A stretch of DNA of 46,833 nucleotides, from positions 1 to 46,833 of the forward strand of contig JBHIFL010000031.1 of assembly GCA_046761065.1 (NCBI GenBank), given 5' to 3'. Of this stretch, positions 20,313-29,287 are shown piece by piece. The notes beneath the pieces are model-generated. The model worked only from the letters and a program-made list of their open reading frames with translations, searched no databases and was not told the DNA's origin. Position 1 is the stretch's first letter. Each line of letters begins with the position of its first letter. This stretch comes from Candidatus Heimdallarchaeota archaeon. GTDB lineage: Archaea > Asgardarchaeota > Wukongarchaeia > Wukongarchaeales > JBHIFL01. The position numbers and the translations under genes were made by a program.

Positions 20313-20918
20313 ATGGAGAATTTTGAAATCATCACAGAAAAACAAATTCGTGTCAAAGACGTGCTGACCAGTCCTGTGATCACGGTTAAAGACTACGCCT
20401 GTATCCCTCTGGTTGCTCAGCTCATGGACCACTATAAAATAGGATCTATTGTAGTAACAAACAAACAAGGAGAACCTTTAGGCATAATAACAGAAAAAGA
20501 CCTTGTTGTCCGCATTTTAACAAAAATCAGTGATGGTGAACTGGTTAAACGGATTTTGAAAATAAGTCCTCATATTAGAAGGTTAACGGCTGGAGAAGTT
20601 ATGACTTCCCGCTTTATTGTCATAACTCCCGATATAACCTTAGTTGAAGCGACAAGAACAATGCGCCGCTATAACATCCACCGGCTAGGGGTCGTATCTA
20701 ATGGGAAGCTTATAGGCATAATTTCCAATAAGGATATACTAGCTGTTACACCCGCCCTTATCGAAATTCTGCAAGAAAAAAAGAAAATTACTGAAATTCC
20801 TCCATTAGATTTATCTGCCCAGTTAGCAGTAACTGGTTATTGCGAGCAATGCGGTAACTGGGCTAGCAACCTCATCGGATCGAATGGTAGCTTTCTATGC
20901 GAGGATTGCGCGGCTTAA
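20313..20918 (+). CDS. CBS-domain-pair protein with C-terminal zinc ribbon
   Basis: GIITEKDL and GIISNKDI CBS motifs; CEQC...CEDC. Confidence 0.88.
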   Translation: MENFEIITEKQIRVKDVLTSPVITVKDYACIPLVAQLMDHYKIGSIVVTNKQGEPLGIITEKDLVVRILTKISDGELVKRILKISPHIRRLTAGEVMTSRFIVITPDITLVEATRTMRRYNIHRLGVVSNGKLIGIISNKDILAVTPALIEILQEKKKITEIPPLDLSAQLAVTGYCEQCGNWASNLIGSNGSFLCEDCAA

Positions 20919-20989
20919 GTGATAGTGTTAGATGTGAAATTATGGGTGGGGTTACTACACACATCTAGTTCAACTACTCTGAGGCAAAA

Positions 20990-22093
20990 ATGGTGTCTAT
21001 GGAAGAAACAACGATTTGGCTTGGTCCCCAACATCCATCCATTCACGGGTTTGCTTTGCAAGTGAAGATAGTGGGTGATTACGTCGTTGAGTTGAATATG
21101 CGTATCGGCATGTTTCACCGCTCTGCCGAGAAGGTGCTTGAATTCCGGACATTTGAACAGGGGCCCTTAATCTTCGAACGGATCTCGATGCTCGAAGCAA
21201 TGGCTTTGCCTCTTCCGTACCTGATGGCGGTCGAGCAAATTGCAGACATCGAGGTGCCCGAGCGTGCTCAGTATATTCGTACTATTGTGGCAGAACTTAG
21301 CCGAATTCACTCCCTTCTTTTCTGGTTTGGCTCCTACGGGGCAGAGCTCGGCCAATTTTATACCATGATGTGGCCTTTCCGAGATCGCGAATATATCTTA
21401 GATATTTTCGAAGCACTGACTGGTTCAAGGCACACTCCCAGCTATCTCATCCCCGGTGGAGTACGCTGGAACTTCAATGACAAGATAATCAAAATGATCC
21501 ACAAGAATCTGGGATGGATTCAGAGACGAATGAAAACCTATTGGCGCATTTTTCCAGGAAGCCCAACATTTAAATTACGAACTCAAGATATTGGCGTCCT
21601 TTCGCGGGAAGATGCAATCCGACTAGGCGTCTCCGGGCCCAATCTGAAAGGGGCGAATGCGCGAGCCGATCTTCGCAAAGACGATCCATACTTAGTGTAT
21701 GACACCTTAGATTTTGAGATCCCAACGGGACCAGATGGCGATGCCCTGTCCCGAATGGTAGCTCGCATCCGGGAAATTGAGACGAGCCTAGATCTCATCC
21801 TCAATCAACTACTTCCAAACCTTCCAGACGGGGACTTCCTCGTGAAGAAATTCCCGGCACGCCTTCCGGCGGGCGTAGCGTATGGACGTATCGAAGGGGC
21901 ACGCGGCATCTTAGGCGCTTATGTACGCACGGAAGAAAAGTCTCCGATGCCCTACCGGGTGAAAATCCGGAGCCCTTCCTTCAATCATATGTACGCATTC
22001 AAACATATCGTGGAAAGCCAGGAGACACGGTTTGCCGATATTGTAGCCATAATGGGCAGTCTTGATGCCTATACTGCGGAATTTGATCGTTGA
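20990..22093 (+). CDS. nuoD: NADH-quinone oxidoreductase subunit D-like protein (complex I 49-kDa family), orphan
   Basis: GPQHPSIHG, HRSAEK, ELSRIHS, EGARG, PYRVKIRSPSF, EFDR end; no NiFe CxxC motifs. Confidence 0.88.
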   Translation: MVSMEETTIWLGPQHPSIHGFALQVKIVGDYVVELNMRIGMFHRSAEKVLEFRTFEQGPLIFERISMLEAMALPLPYLMAVEQIADIEVPERAQYIRTIVAELSRIHSLLFWFGSYGAELGQFYTMMWPFRDREYILDIFEALTGSRHTPSYLIPGGVRWNFNDKIIKMIHKNLGWIQRRMKTYWRIFPGSPTFKLRTQDIGVLSREDAIRLGVSGPNLKGANARADLRKDDPYLVYDTLDFEIPTGPDGDALSRMVARIREIETSLDLILNQLLPNLPDGDFLVKKFPARLPAGVAYGRIEGARGILGAYVRTEEKSPMPYRVKIRSPSFNHMYAFKHIVESQETRFADIVAIMGSLDAYTAEFDR

Positions 22094-22457
22094 ATCATGA
22101 ATCGATGCATTACACATGGGAAATTTACATGAATAGGGCCAAGATAAAAATAATTGGAGTGAAACGCCAAATAAAAAAAATGATGAACCACAAGTGGTGA
22201 AACAATGGATATATGGTCGTTTCAGTGAAAGGACGGGATTCTCATTGATCGAGCGACACATCATGAGGATCGACCGCGGATTGAGACAGTGAATGTTGTT
22301 TTATTTGTCCAGATTCTAGATGGGCCAAAAAAGAAAGGATTCAAATCGTTCTATAGTTTGTAGACTATAAACAGTGCCATATTAACCATGACAACGTATT
22401 TTCATCAAAGAATCGTATAAACGTGACCAAAAAATATTAACGGTTTCACGGGCTCTC

Positions 22458-22883
22458 TCATAAGCGATGCAGTTGTCCCGTGGTGATGCAATTAGGACTA
22501 TCCGTATAGGTACTAAATTGTGTATACCCTTCGAAGGGTATGCTGCCTAGGTCTACCCACATCCGAATCTGATAGGATTTCTGGGTAGGCACTTTCACAG
22601 TAAAGAACCCATTGGCACCCGTAGTTGCTTCGCTTTCTTGGTGCACAAATTTGTCACTACTGTCTATGACATATCTAACCACAGTGTTTGGCAATTCTGC
22701 CGTACAACTAGCGGCGTGCCGGTAACAGGGATGGGTGTTATTGATATATGGCGCTATGTAAACCGTCGTTTCACCCCGCAGCTGATCGAGCTGTTGGGGG
22801 TGGAGTCTGTACCCAGCATAAAATCCCGTTACGATGCTGATAAGCCATACCACAACTACTATTGCTTTAACCTTTACTTTCAT
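22458..22883 (-). CDS. CueP-family extracellular copper-binding protein
   Basis: IAPYINNTHPCYRH..SC..EL, NGFF, ST...NCITTGQL resemble the CueP-family pattern (recognised from memory); N-terminal TM; GGAGG RBS. Confidence 0.75.
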   Translation of the reverse strand: MKVKVKAIVVVVWLISIVTGFYAGYRLHPQQLDQLRGETTVYIAPYINNTHPCYRHAASCTAELPNTVVRYVIDSSDKFVHQESEATTGANGFFTVKVPTQKSYQIRMWVDLGSIPFEGYTQFSTYTDSPNCITTGQLHRL

Positions 22884-23114
22884 GGTTATATTACCTCCAA
22901 TCACGAGCTTAACTGTCTTTTTTTCCCAAACCCGCTTCACACATCACTTTGTTATTATATAGGAACCAGTCTCCAATTAGAGAATACGCTCAAATAAGTA
23001 CGATGATCAAATGGATTCTGGCGATACTCTGTCTTTATTTCTATTGTTTACTACCGATTTAGGTATTCTTGGATGTTAGAGTTTTCATTTCAGCCTTTTG
23101 ATGTTTAACCAGTG

Positions 23115-23576
23115 TCAGACCGGTTGAAGTCCTTTGTCCAATTTGTAAGCGTTTGCGCAAGAGCTGCAACAGAAGACCATCTTCTGGCTTCCAATGATTT
23201 CGGTGTGCCCTCCATCGTACACTTTACACCCACAATTAGCACAAATGGTAAGCCCCGGTTCAATGGCCGCTGAAACAAGAGCCGCAAACCGTCTAAATAA
23301 GTGTTCGCAGAGGTCTTTCCCCTCTTCAGTAAGCGAATATTCCTTCTTCTCCTTTTTTCCTATTCTTTTAATACTAAGTCTAGCAAGTCCACGATCTTGG
23401 AGTTTTTGTAAGAAGGGATAAACAAGACTTGGGCTTACTTCCTTCTTCAATCTTTTCTTAAATTCGTTCAAAATACCATACCCATGTCTGGGACGTTCAT
23501 AGAGGAACATGAGAATATGAAATCGGGAAAAGTCGCCCAAAAGATTCTCTGTGGTTAGTTTATTTACTTTTATCAC
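23115..23576 (-). CDS. PadR-family wHTH regulator with C-terminal TRASH/YHS-like Cys domain
   Basis: ILMFLYERPRHGYGIL, SPSLVYPFL, KEYSLTEEG (PadR), then CANCGC...FCCSSCA. Likely GTG start 23576; ORF is open to 23657. Confidence 0.9.
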   Translation of the reverse strand: MIKVNKLTTENLLGDFSRFHILMFLYERPRHGYGILNEFKKRLKKEVSPSLVYPFLQKLQDRGLARLSIKRIGKKEKKEYSLTEEGKDLCEHLFRRFAALVSAAIEPGLTICANCGCKVYDGGHTEIIGSQKMVFCCSSCANAYKLDKGLQPV

Positions 23577-23729
23577 CTCTTCAAATTCACGAAAGTCGTT
23601 ATGTGGTTCACATGGCAATTTTGTGCAATTTTTAATGACCAAAGGACTATCATTCAATACAAGATCAGCTTAGGTAAAAAAATGAGGAAGTTGAGTGAAT
23701 GCTGTCAGGGGTTTGCTTCGGTGGGCGTA

Positions 23730-23873
23730 TTATTTGAGAAACTTGACCGGGTCGGCATCAAACGCTTTCTTGCAGCCTGGGGCACAAAAGTAGTACGTTG
23801 TCCCCTGGTACTCCGACTTCCACTTTGCCGTCTTCTCTTCGACGGTCATTTTGCAAACCGGATCGATTGCCAC
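23730..23873 (-). CDS. YHS/TRASH-domain metallochaperone, 47 aa (not in ORF track)
   Basis: MAIDPVCKMTV...TTYYFCAPGCKKAFDADPVKF; GGTG RBS. Confidence 0.92.
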   Translation of the reverse strand: MAIDPVCKMTVEEKTAKWKSEYQGTTYYFCAPGCKKAFDADPVKFLK

Positions 23874-24013
23874 GCTTTACACCTTTTCTTTTATCCTTTT
23901 ATATTTCTCGTGTGGAAATTTAGGTCTCCGAGCCTTTATGGCATTTATCCTTATCTTCACGATTCTCCCGTGATTGTGCATTGAAGATTGCATGTCCTCA
24001 ACTTATTACCTAA

Positions 24014-24036
24014 GATATATCATATAAAGATATGTC
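24014..24036 (-). promoter_or_regulatory. Putative operator upstream of YHS / PadR-TRASH / CueP (candidate autoregulatory site)
   Basis: GATATATC-atataaa-GATATGTC. Confidence 0.8.
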
Positions 24037-24083
24037 TATACACTATATTAGTTTTTTGATTTTAATATAACTCATGTTTGACA

Positions 24084-24430
24084 CTATTTAAATGAGGGTC
24101 GTAGCCAGTCCTTGGAAGGCAACGACATTAACTCCAGGGGGAGGGGAGGTCTAGGAGATGGCGCCAAGAGATGAGGGCGGGGACCGATTTTTGCAGACAG
24201 CTGGCCAACCACAAGGGTTTCCAGAGATCGTGGAGCATCCAGGGGCTGTTCATGGCTGGAACCAGAGCGAAGGGGTTTGTCTGGACAAGCCACTCAAACC
24301 CAAGATTTTTAAGCTCAGGTGGCAAGTGATGGGCGGGTTGCAGCCTCTTAGAAGACGTTTCAGGTGGGATCATGCCTTGAACGTTCTTCGAGGGGGTTAT
24401 CCCCGTTTTGCTCCCAAAAAATACTTCATG
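24084..24430 (-). mobile_element. Possible degenerate N-terminal transposase fragment related to the IS at 45495
   Basis: LPSPW-S*CRCLPRTG-YDPH has the same spacing as LPLPW-PSSPQGRPSK-YDRH; locally GC-rich. Confidence 0.45.
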
Positions 24431-24546
24431 GGGGACGATACTCCCTCTCGGTTACTTTTCCGAGTACTGAATATTTGTTATAATAAGTTGTCTCCCGAGT
24501 TAAGTGGAAGTACATAATTAAAGAGATGAAAATAGAGGAAAAAGGT

Positions 24547-25765
24547 ATGAAAAAGGCAATTGCTCTGTTGGGTATTGTGGTTTTGTAAATCCTGTTCGTA
24601 ATCAAGGTTACTGGAGTACAGGAAGAAGAGGAGGAAGAACACGGACAAGAGGAGGCGAGGTATGGATATATTGGCTTAGAACCAGGAGAGGAAATAGAAG
24701 AGAAAGAGTTGGAGGAATTCGAAGAAAGGGTCATGGAGAAAGCCTACGCCAAAGCGAATGTGGACAAAGGACGGTTTATCATAATTGCCTTGCTCATCGC
24801 TCTGGTTTATTTGTCTTTTGCAAAGGTGAAAGGGGTAAGTACGAAGCTTAGATTGCTGCTAGACTGGTACTCCTTGGGTATCGTCACCAGTATCATCTTG
24901 GTTGGTTTAGTAATCCCCTCAGGAATCATCATCACCTTCTATTACATGCCTTCGCCCACAGGAGTATATTCGAGTGTGGAAGCCATGACTCAAAATTCAG
25001 TTCTTGCCTTCTTTCGAAACCTCCACGCCTGGTCCAGTGAGCTATTTCTCGTGTTAATGGTGTTGCACGTGGCCCGGACCATTTCCACGCAAACTTATCT
25101 GGGGAAACGGAAGATCATCTGGCTCACTGGCGCGCTGCTTCTGATTTTCAGATGGTTGGCTTTTGTCACTGGGACCTTCATGCGAAGATCAGGAGGCATT
25201 GGAAGGCTTTGAACATATCATGTTCGCCTTAACCTTGGTACCTCTGGGTAAATATTTCGCCGACTTTTTCGCCGGTGAGCTTGCAGTGATGAAGCTGACC
25301 GCCTTTAACATCGGGGTGACCACCTTTGTCATTGGTCTGTTAACCGCATTTCATGTGCTCATGCGGAAGGAGTACCTCCACGTGCTGCGGCGTTGGAAAA
25401 AAGCGGTGCTGTACTCGATAGCGATAGCAGGACTTCTCGTGGTGCAGAGCCTTGTAATGGAGATTCCCTTCATTCATGGGTTAGACAAAGGCCCCACGGT
25501 CTCTGGAGTCGAGATAACCAAGCCACCATGGACCATATATTTCATTGTCACTGGGGAAAACCTGTTCGGCGCCACCACCATGGTAGTCATCCCAGTTTTG
25601 GTCTTTCTACCACTACTAATCTTCCCTTACATCGTGGAGCGGCTTCCCCCGCTCAGCGAAAAGCGGACCCGCGCAGGTGAACTCCTCTTCTACTCGGGTA
25701 TCTATTTCCTGCTAGCGATATCCTACTGGGCAGCAGCCAGTGCAATCGTTACCCACATCTTCTAG
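24547..25765 (+). pseudogene. Cytochrome b (b/b6-like) with signal-like N-terminus and acidic extension, disrupted
   Basis: SGIIITFYYMP, RNLHAWSS, LHVAR, WLTG, KPPW. In-frame TAA near 24586 and frameshift near 25190. Confidence 0.8.
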
Positions 25766-25769
25766 GCAA

Positions 25770-26068
25770 CGCAATATCCCCCACACTCAGCCTTGAACGG
25801 TACATTGTGTTCATTGTCCGCTGCACCCATTATCCGTGCGTTACCTCCTTCAAGACACGAGAGGAGATTGAACGCCTTCATACAGGTACCAGCTTCCACT
25901 GTCCGTGCTAGACTGAGGATCTCATCTGAGCAATCTATTGCGCTTATCACACGGGTGGGTTATCTCCACTCGATGGGAGTGTCATCAGCGGATCCCCCCA
26001 ACCAATTCCTTAAATCGTAATTGAATGGGAAAATTGGATATATTTACACAACGGGTATAAAAACTTGA
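25770..26068 (+). pseudogene. Second Rieske protein remnant (5'-truncated), paralog of 3260..3559
   Basis: FIVRCTHY and AIYCAYHTGGLSPLDGSVISG; evident nucleotide similarity to 3270..3570. Confidence 0.75.
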
Positions 26069-26163
26069 GAGAGGACCAAAACAACCAAATATGTAATATA
26101 ATCATTCATGACCACTGCGCGGTCAGAGATGACGAATGAAAATCTATTTGGGGGCGCGGGCGG

Positions 26164-26357
26164 GAGGCCTAGTGGTGCTCCATCTGGTGTGGTGTGAGCG
26201 ACGCAGGCAGATCAAAGATTTGGGACTCAGATCCCGTTATATAATCTAGCCTCCGTCGTGCCGCGAAGAGATGAGTGCCTCGCGAGGGCGGATAGCAATA
26301 TGTTGGTGTTACCTCCATCGACGGACCTCACACCCCCCTTTTGGAGCACTAGCCCTC
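26164..26357 (+). ncRNA. Candidate IS110 bridge/seek RNA
   Basis: Nested helices GTGCTCCA/TGGAGCAC, GGTGTGAG/CTCACACC, CGACG-AGGC-AGAT/ATCT-GCCT-CGTCG, GGGA/TCCC; internal-loop strands match the right end. Confidence 0.6.
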
Positions 26358-26378
26358 TTAATAAAGGTGGTGATCCTA

Positions 26379-27761
26379 TTGACTAGAACGAGAAAGAGGC
26401 ATTACGCCTCTAGTAAGAGCATCTCGCGATCCAAATCCCTGAAGGAACTTGTCCAGCCGATTGCACCCCACAAAGTGACCGAACTGACTATTGCTTGCGG
26501 GGTCGATGTTCATAAGAAGTTCTTCGTCGCCACGCTCCTAGTAAGAGCGTCTGACCAGAAGAAAGTGGCCAAGTTTGGCCGGCGCTTGGAGGATCTCTTA
26601 AGCTTCAAGAGCTGGCGCTTGGAGCATCATTGCCGCTATGTGGCTGTGGAATCGACGGGAGTCCTCTGGTGGCCCCTCTATGCGGCGCTGCAGGACCAGA
26701 TCCAGATCTTTGTGGTCAATGCCTTCAAAATCAAGGACAAAGCCGAGAAGAAGAGCGATAGGAGCGACTCGGAACGCATGGCCCTATTACTGCTGAAAGG
26801 ACAGCTCGACCCCTCCTATATTCCTGGTGTAGAGAGGGAGGCCCTGCGTAGTTTAGCCCGGTTCCGGGTGAAGCACGTGGAAACCCGAACCCGGTACAAG
26901 AATCGCGTCCACAAGATCCTGGAAAAGACCAACATCCGCTTGGGCAGCGTCTTGAGTGATGTCTTTGGGGCTGCGGGCAAAGAGGTACTCCGGGGGCTCA
27001 TGGAAGGCCAACCTCCCCAGGAGATCGTGGCGCGGCTCACGCACAAGCGGATTCGGGAAAAACAGGCCCAACTAGAGGAAATCCTTCAGACCAAGTTGTG
27101 CGCGGCCGATATTCTGATCCTGCGCCAATGCCTAGAGGTGATCGAGCAGTGTGACACGCAGATCAAGGAACTCAATAATGAACTCACCGTACTGGTCAAG
27201 AAATTAAGTCTAGAACAGCAGCTAGGCATTTTGTTAAGCATCCCCGGGGTGAGTTTCATCTCTGCGGCCTTACTTCTCGCAAAAATTGACGAGATCTCGC
27301 GCTTACTCCGCCCAGAACATTTAGTCTCCTATGTGGGGCTCGCCTCGACGACATACCAGTACGGGGGGAAATTGGTCACCGGGCACATTACGAAACGCGG
27401 GTCCTGGTATTTGCGACGGACGATGGTACAGGTCGCCCATGCCCTTGTGTACGCCAAGCACCCGTTACAACTAAAAAAATTCTTCCACCGCCTCGTCCAC
27501 CGCAAAGGGAAGCGGATAGCCATAGTCGCATTGGCGAGGAAGGTGTTGGCGCTCAGTCATCATCTCCTAACCCAAGGCGAGCTTTTCGAGGATGGGTATT
27601 TCCGTAAACGCGCAAAACCAAAAGTACCCCGAGGACGCCCCGAGCTGGAACAGCTGTCCCGGGATCAGATGATTACCATGTTGAAGCAAGCAGGATACAC
27701 CGTAAGATCCCCGGTGCCTTCTTTGATTTCCCGCCCGCAAATCAAGTTGCCAGCTGGCTGA
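26379..27761 (+). CDS. IS110-family DEDD recombinase/transposase
   Basis: GVDVHK, VAVESTG, KSDRSD (DEDD), SIPGVS, VALARK. Start set to TTG after GGTGGTGA RBS. Confidence 0.92.
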   Translation: MTRTRKRHYASSKSISRSKSLKELVQPIAPHKVTELTIACGVDVHKKFFVATLLVRASDQKKVAKFGRRLEDLLSFKSWRLEHHCRYVAVESTGVLWWPLYAALQDQIQIFVVNAFKIKDKAEKKSDRSDSERMALLLLKGQLDPSYIPGVEREALRSLARFRVKHVETRTRYKNRVHKILEKTNIRLGSVLSDVFGAAGKEVLRGLMEGQPPQEIVARLTHKRIREKQAQLEEILQTKLCAADILILRQCLEVIEQCDTQIKELNNELTVLVKKLSLEQQLGILLSIPGVSFISAALLLAKIDEISRLLRPEHLVSYVGLASTTYQYGGKLVTGHITKRGSWYLRRTMVQVAHALVYAKHPLQLKKFFHRLVHRKGKRIAIVALARKVLALSHHLLTQGELFEDGYFRKRAKPKVPRGRPELEQLSRDQMITMLKQAGYTVRSPVPSLISRPQIKLPAG

Positions 27762-27811
27762 ACCCAAAGATTTTCATAACAATCTTTGAATCATTAGGTA
27801 GGTTTTATTTA

Positions 27812-27834
27812 GATATATCCATAATAGATATATA
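27812..27834 (+). promoter_or_regulatory. Putative operator upstream of DUF2933-ICMT-HTH
   Basis: GATATATC-cataata-GATATATA immediately after TTTTATTT. Confidence 0.78.
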
Positions 27835-27886
27835 TTAATAAGATGGTTTCGGATACTAGTTAGGGCATAAATGGCAAAACCATAAG

Positions 27887-28132
27887 GTGTATGAAATGGA
27901 ATCACGTAAAATACCTTCCCAATACCTAACAAGATCGGATTATAGATCGAATCGTCACTATTTTTTGATCCTATTCTGTGGGCTATCAATGTTTACCATC
28001 TTGGCACTATTCGTGGTTTCTCGCCAATTAAATTACTTGGTATTGGGGTTATTTCTCTTATGTCCGTTATTACATCTCTTAACAGTGCCGAAATCTCACT
28101 ATCAATGGTTAAATGGCCATAAAGAGGAGTAA
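27887..28132 (+). CDS. DUF2933-like small membrane protein
   Basis: Two TMs ending LLCPLLHL; directly before an ICMT-family gene. Confidence 0.65.
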   Translation: MYEMESRKIPSQYLTRSDYRSNRHYFLILFCGLSMFTILALFVVSRQLNYLVLGLFLLCPLLHLLTVPKSHYQWLNGHKEE

Positions 28133-28134
28133 AG

Positions 28135-28788
28135 ATGACAATGGACGACTACGCCTATGGAAATTGGTTTGCCGTAGTAGTTAGCATCGGAATTTTTTCA
28201 ATCTTCATTCTGAGCTTCTTTGCTCCCTTTAAAAAGCGTGATTGGCGCTCAGCGGGCTTATATGAGGCTTTCATCATCGCATTGTTTACCGAGATGTTTG
28301 GTATTCCCTTAACGATCTATATGTTATCTTCTATCTTTGGAGCACAGCTATCGTTTGGACACATAGAAGGCCATCTCTTGGCAACCGCATTAACCTGCTT
28401 TGGGTTCAAAATGGAATCCATGTGGTTGCTTGTAATGGTGCTAAGCTCTCTGGTCATAATGATCGGGTTTGGCTTGATGGCACGGGGTTGGCGACTCATT
28501 CATCAGACCAAAGGTAAACTTGTCACTACGGGAGTCTATGCATATGTCCGCCATCCCCAATATCTGGGGCTTCTACTGATCACGAGTGGCTTCTTGGTAC
28601 AATGGCCCACATTAATTACATTAGCTATGTGGCCCTTTCTCGCTTTAATGTACTATCGGTTAGCCCAACAAGAAGAGCATGCCTTAGATTCCGTTTTTGA
28701 ATCGAAATACCGAGAATATAAACAGAACACTCCAGGCTTTTTCCCACATCTTACCCGTTTCAACCCAAGGAGTGCTAGTTCCAAATAA
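28135..28788 (+). CDS. Isoprenylcysteine carboxyl methyltransferase-family membrane protein
   Basis: LVTTGVYAYVRHPQY, QWPT, QEE, TPGFFP. Confidence 0.9.
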   Translation: MTMDDYAYGNWFAVVVSIGIFSIFILSFFAPFKKRDWRSAGLYEAFIIALFTEMFGIPLTIYMLSSIFGAQLSFGHIEGHLLATALTCFGFKMESMWLLVMVLSSLVIMIGFGLMARGWRLIHQTKGKLVTTGVYAYVRHPQYLGLLLITSGFLVQWPTLITLAMWPFLALMYYRLAQQEEHALDSVFESKYREYKQNTPGFFPHLTRFNPRSASSK

Positions 28789-28800
28789 TTGCTCCGAGGT

Positions 28801-29061
28801 ATGGGTTCTATGAGTTCCCCTATTAACTTTGAAATAATAATGGCTAAACTACCTCCATCGGCGCAAAAAATCTATCTACTCCTTGCAGCTGAGGAAAACG
28901 GATTAACCACCAAGGAAATAGTGAGACGTGTGACCTTTACAAGTCGAACTGTACGGTACGCTCTCAAGAAGCTCTTAGCAATGGGGCTTATCCAGAGATC
29001 CCCCTACTTACTGGACATGCGCCAATTCAAATATCGAATCTCTAAAGTTGAAACAAGATAA
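28801..29061 (+). CDS. Small archaeal winged-helix DNA-binding protein
   Basis: LPPSAQKIY...RTVRYALKKL...DMRQ. Confidence 0.8.
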   Translation: MGSMSSPINFEIIMAKLPPSAQKIYLLLAAEENGLTTKEIVRRVTFTSRTVRYALKKLLAMGLIQRSPYLLDMRQFKYRISKVETR

Positions 29062-29171
29062 TAAAAAAAGTTGTACCCGTAATAAGAGAAGGGAATTTTA
29101 GTTCAAAGAACAATATCTGCTACCTGTCATCGAAAACGAGGATCGTGCTTTTGTCCCGAACATAACATTTT

Positions 29172-29208
29172 TATATGTCTATATGGATATATCTATATTT
29201 GATATATA
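29172..29208 (+). promoter_or_regulatory. Putative operator upstream of htpX
   Basis: TATATGTC-tatatg-GATATATC-tatattt-GATATATA (first spacer 6 bp), overlapping TTTTTATA. Confidence 0.78.
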
Positions 29209-29287
29209 CTCTAAAGACAGAAAAATTCAAACATGAGTCCGTAATCGAAGTAAAAATTAACTATAAAAAATCAGCAGATGATGAAGT

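Larger units (their letters stand above)
26105..27780 (+). mobile_element. IS110-family insertion sequence (left boundary ~26105 or ~26129)
   Basis: IS110 recombinase; long GC-rich left non-coding end; TTCAT at 26105 and 27773; sub-terminal inverted repeat 26136-26152 versus 27763-27777. Confidence 0.85.

Noticed and set aside
20990-22093. Group 4 [NiFe]-hydrogenase large subunit
   Set aside because: Lacks both CxxC nickel-binding motifs; NuoD-like instead.
23892-23993. Short ORF (MQSSMHNHG...) upstream of the YHS gene
   Set aside because: Has a possible RBS but no supporting homology; may be a remnant.
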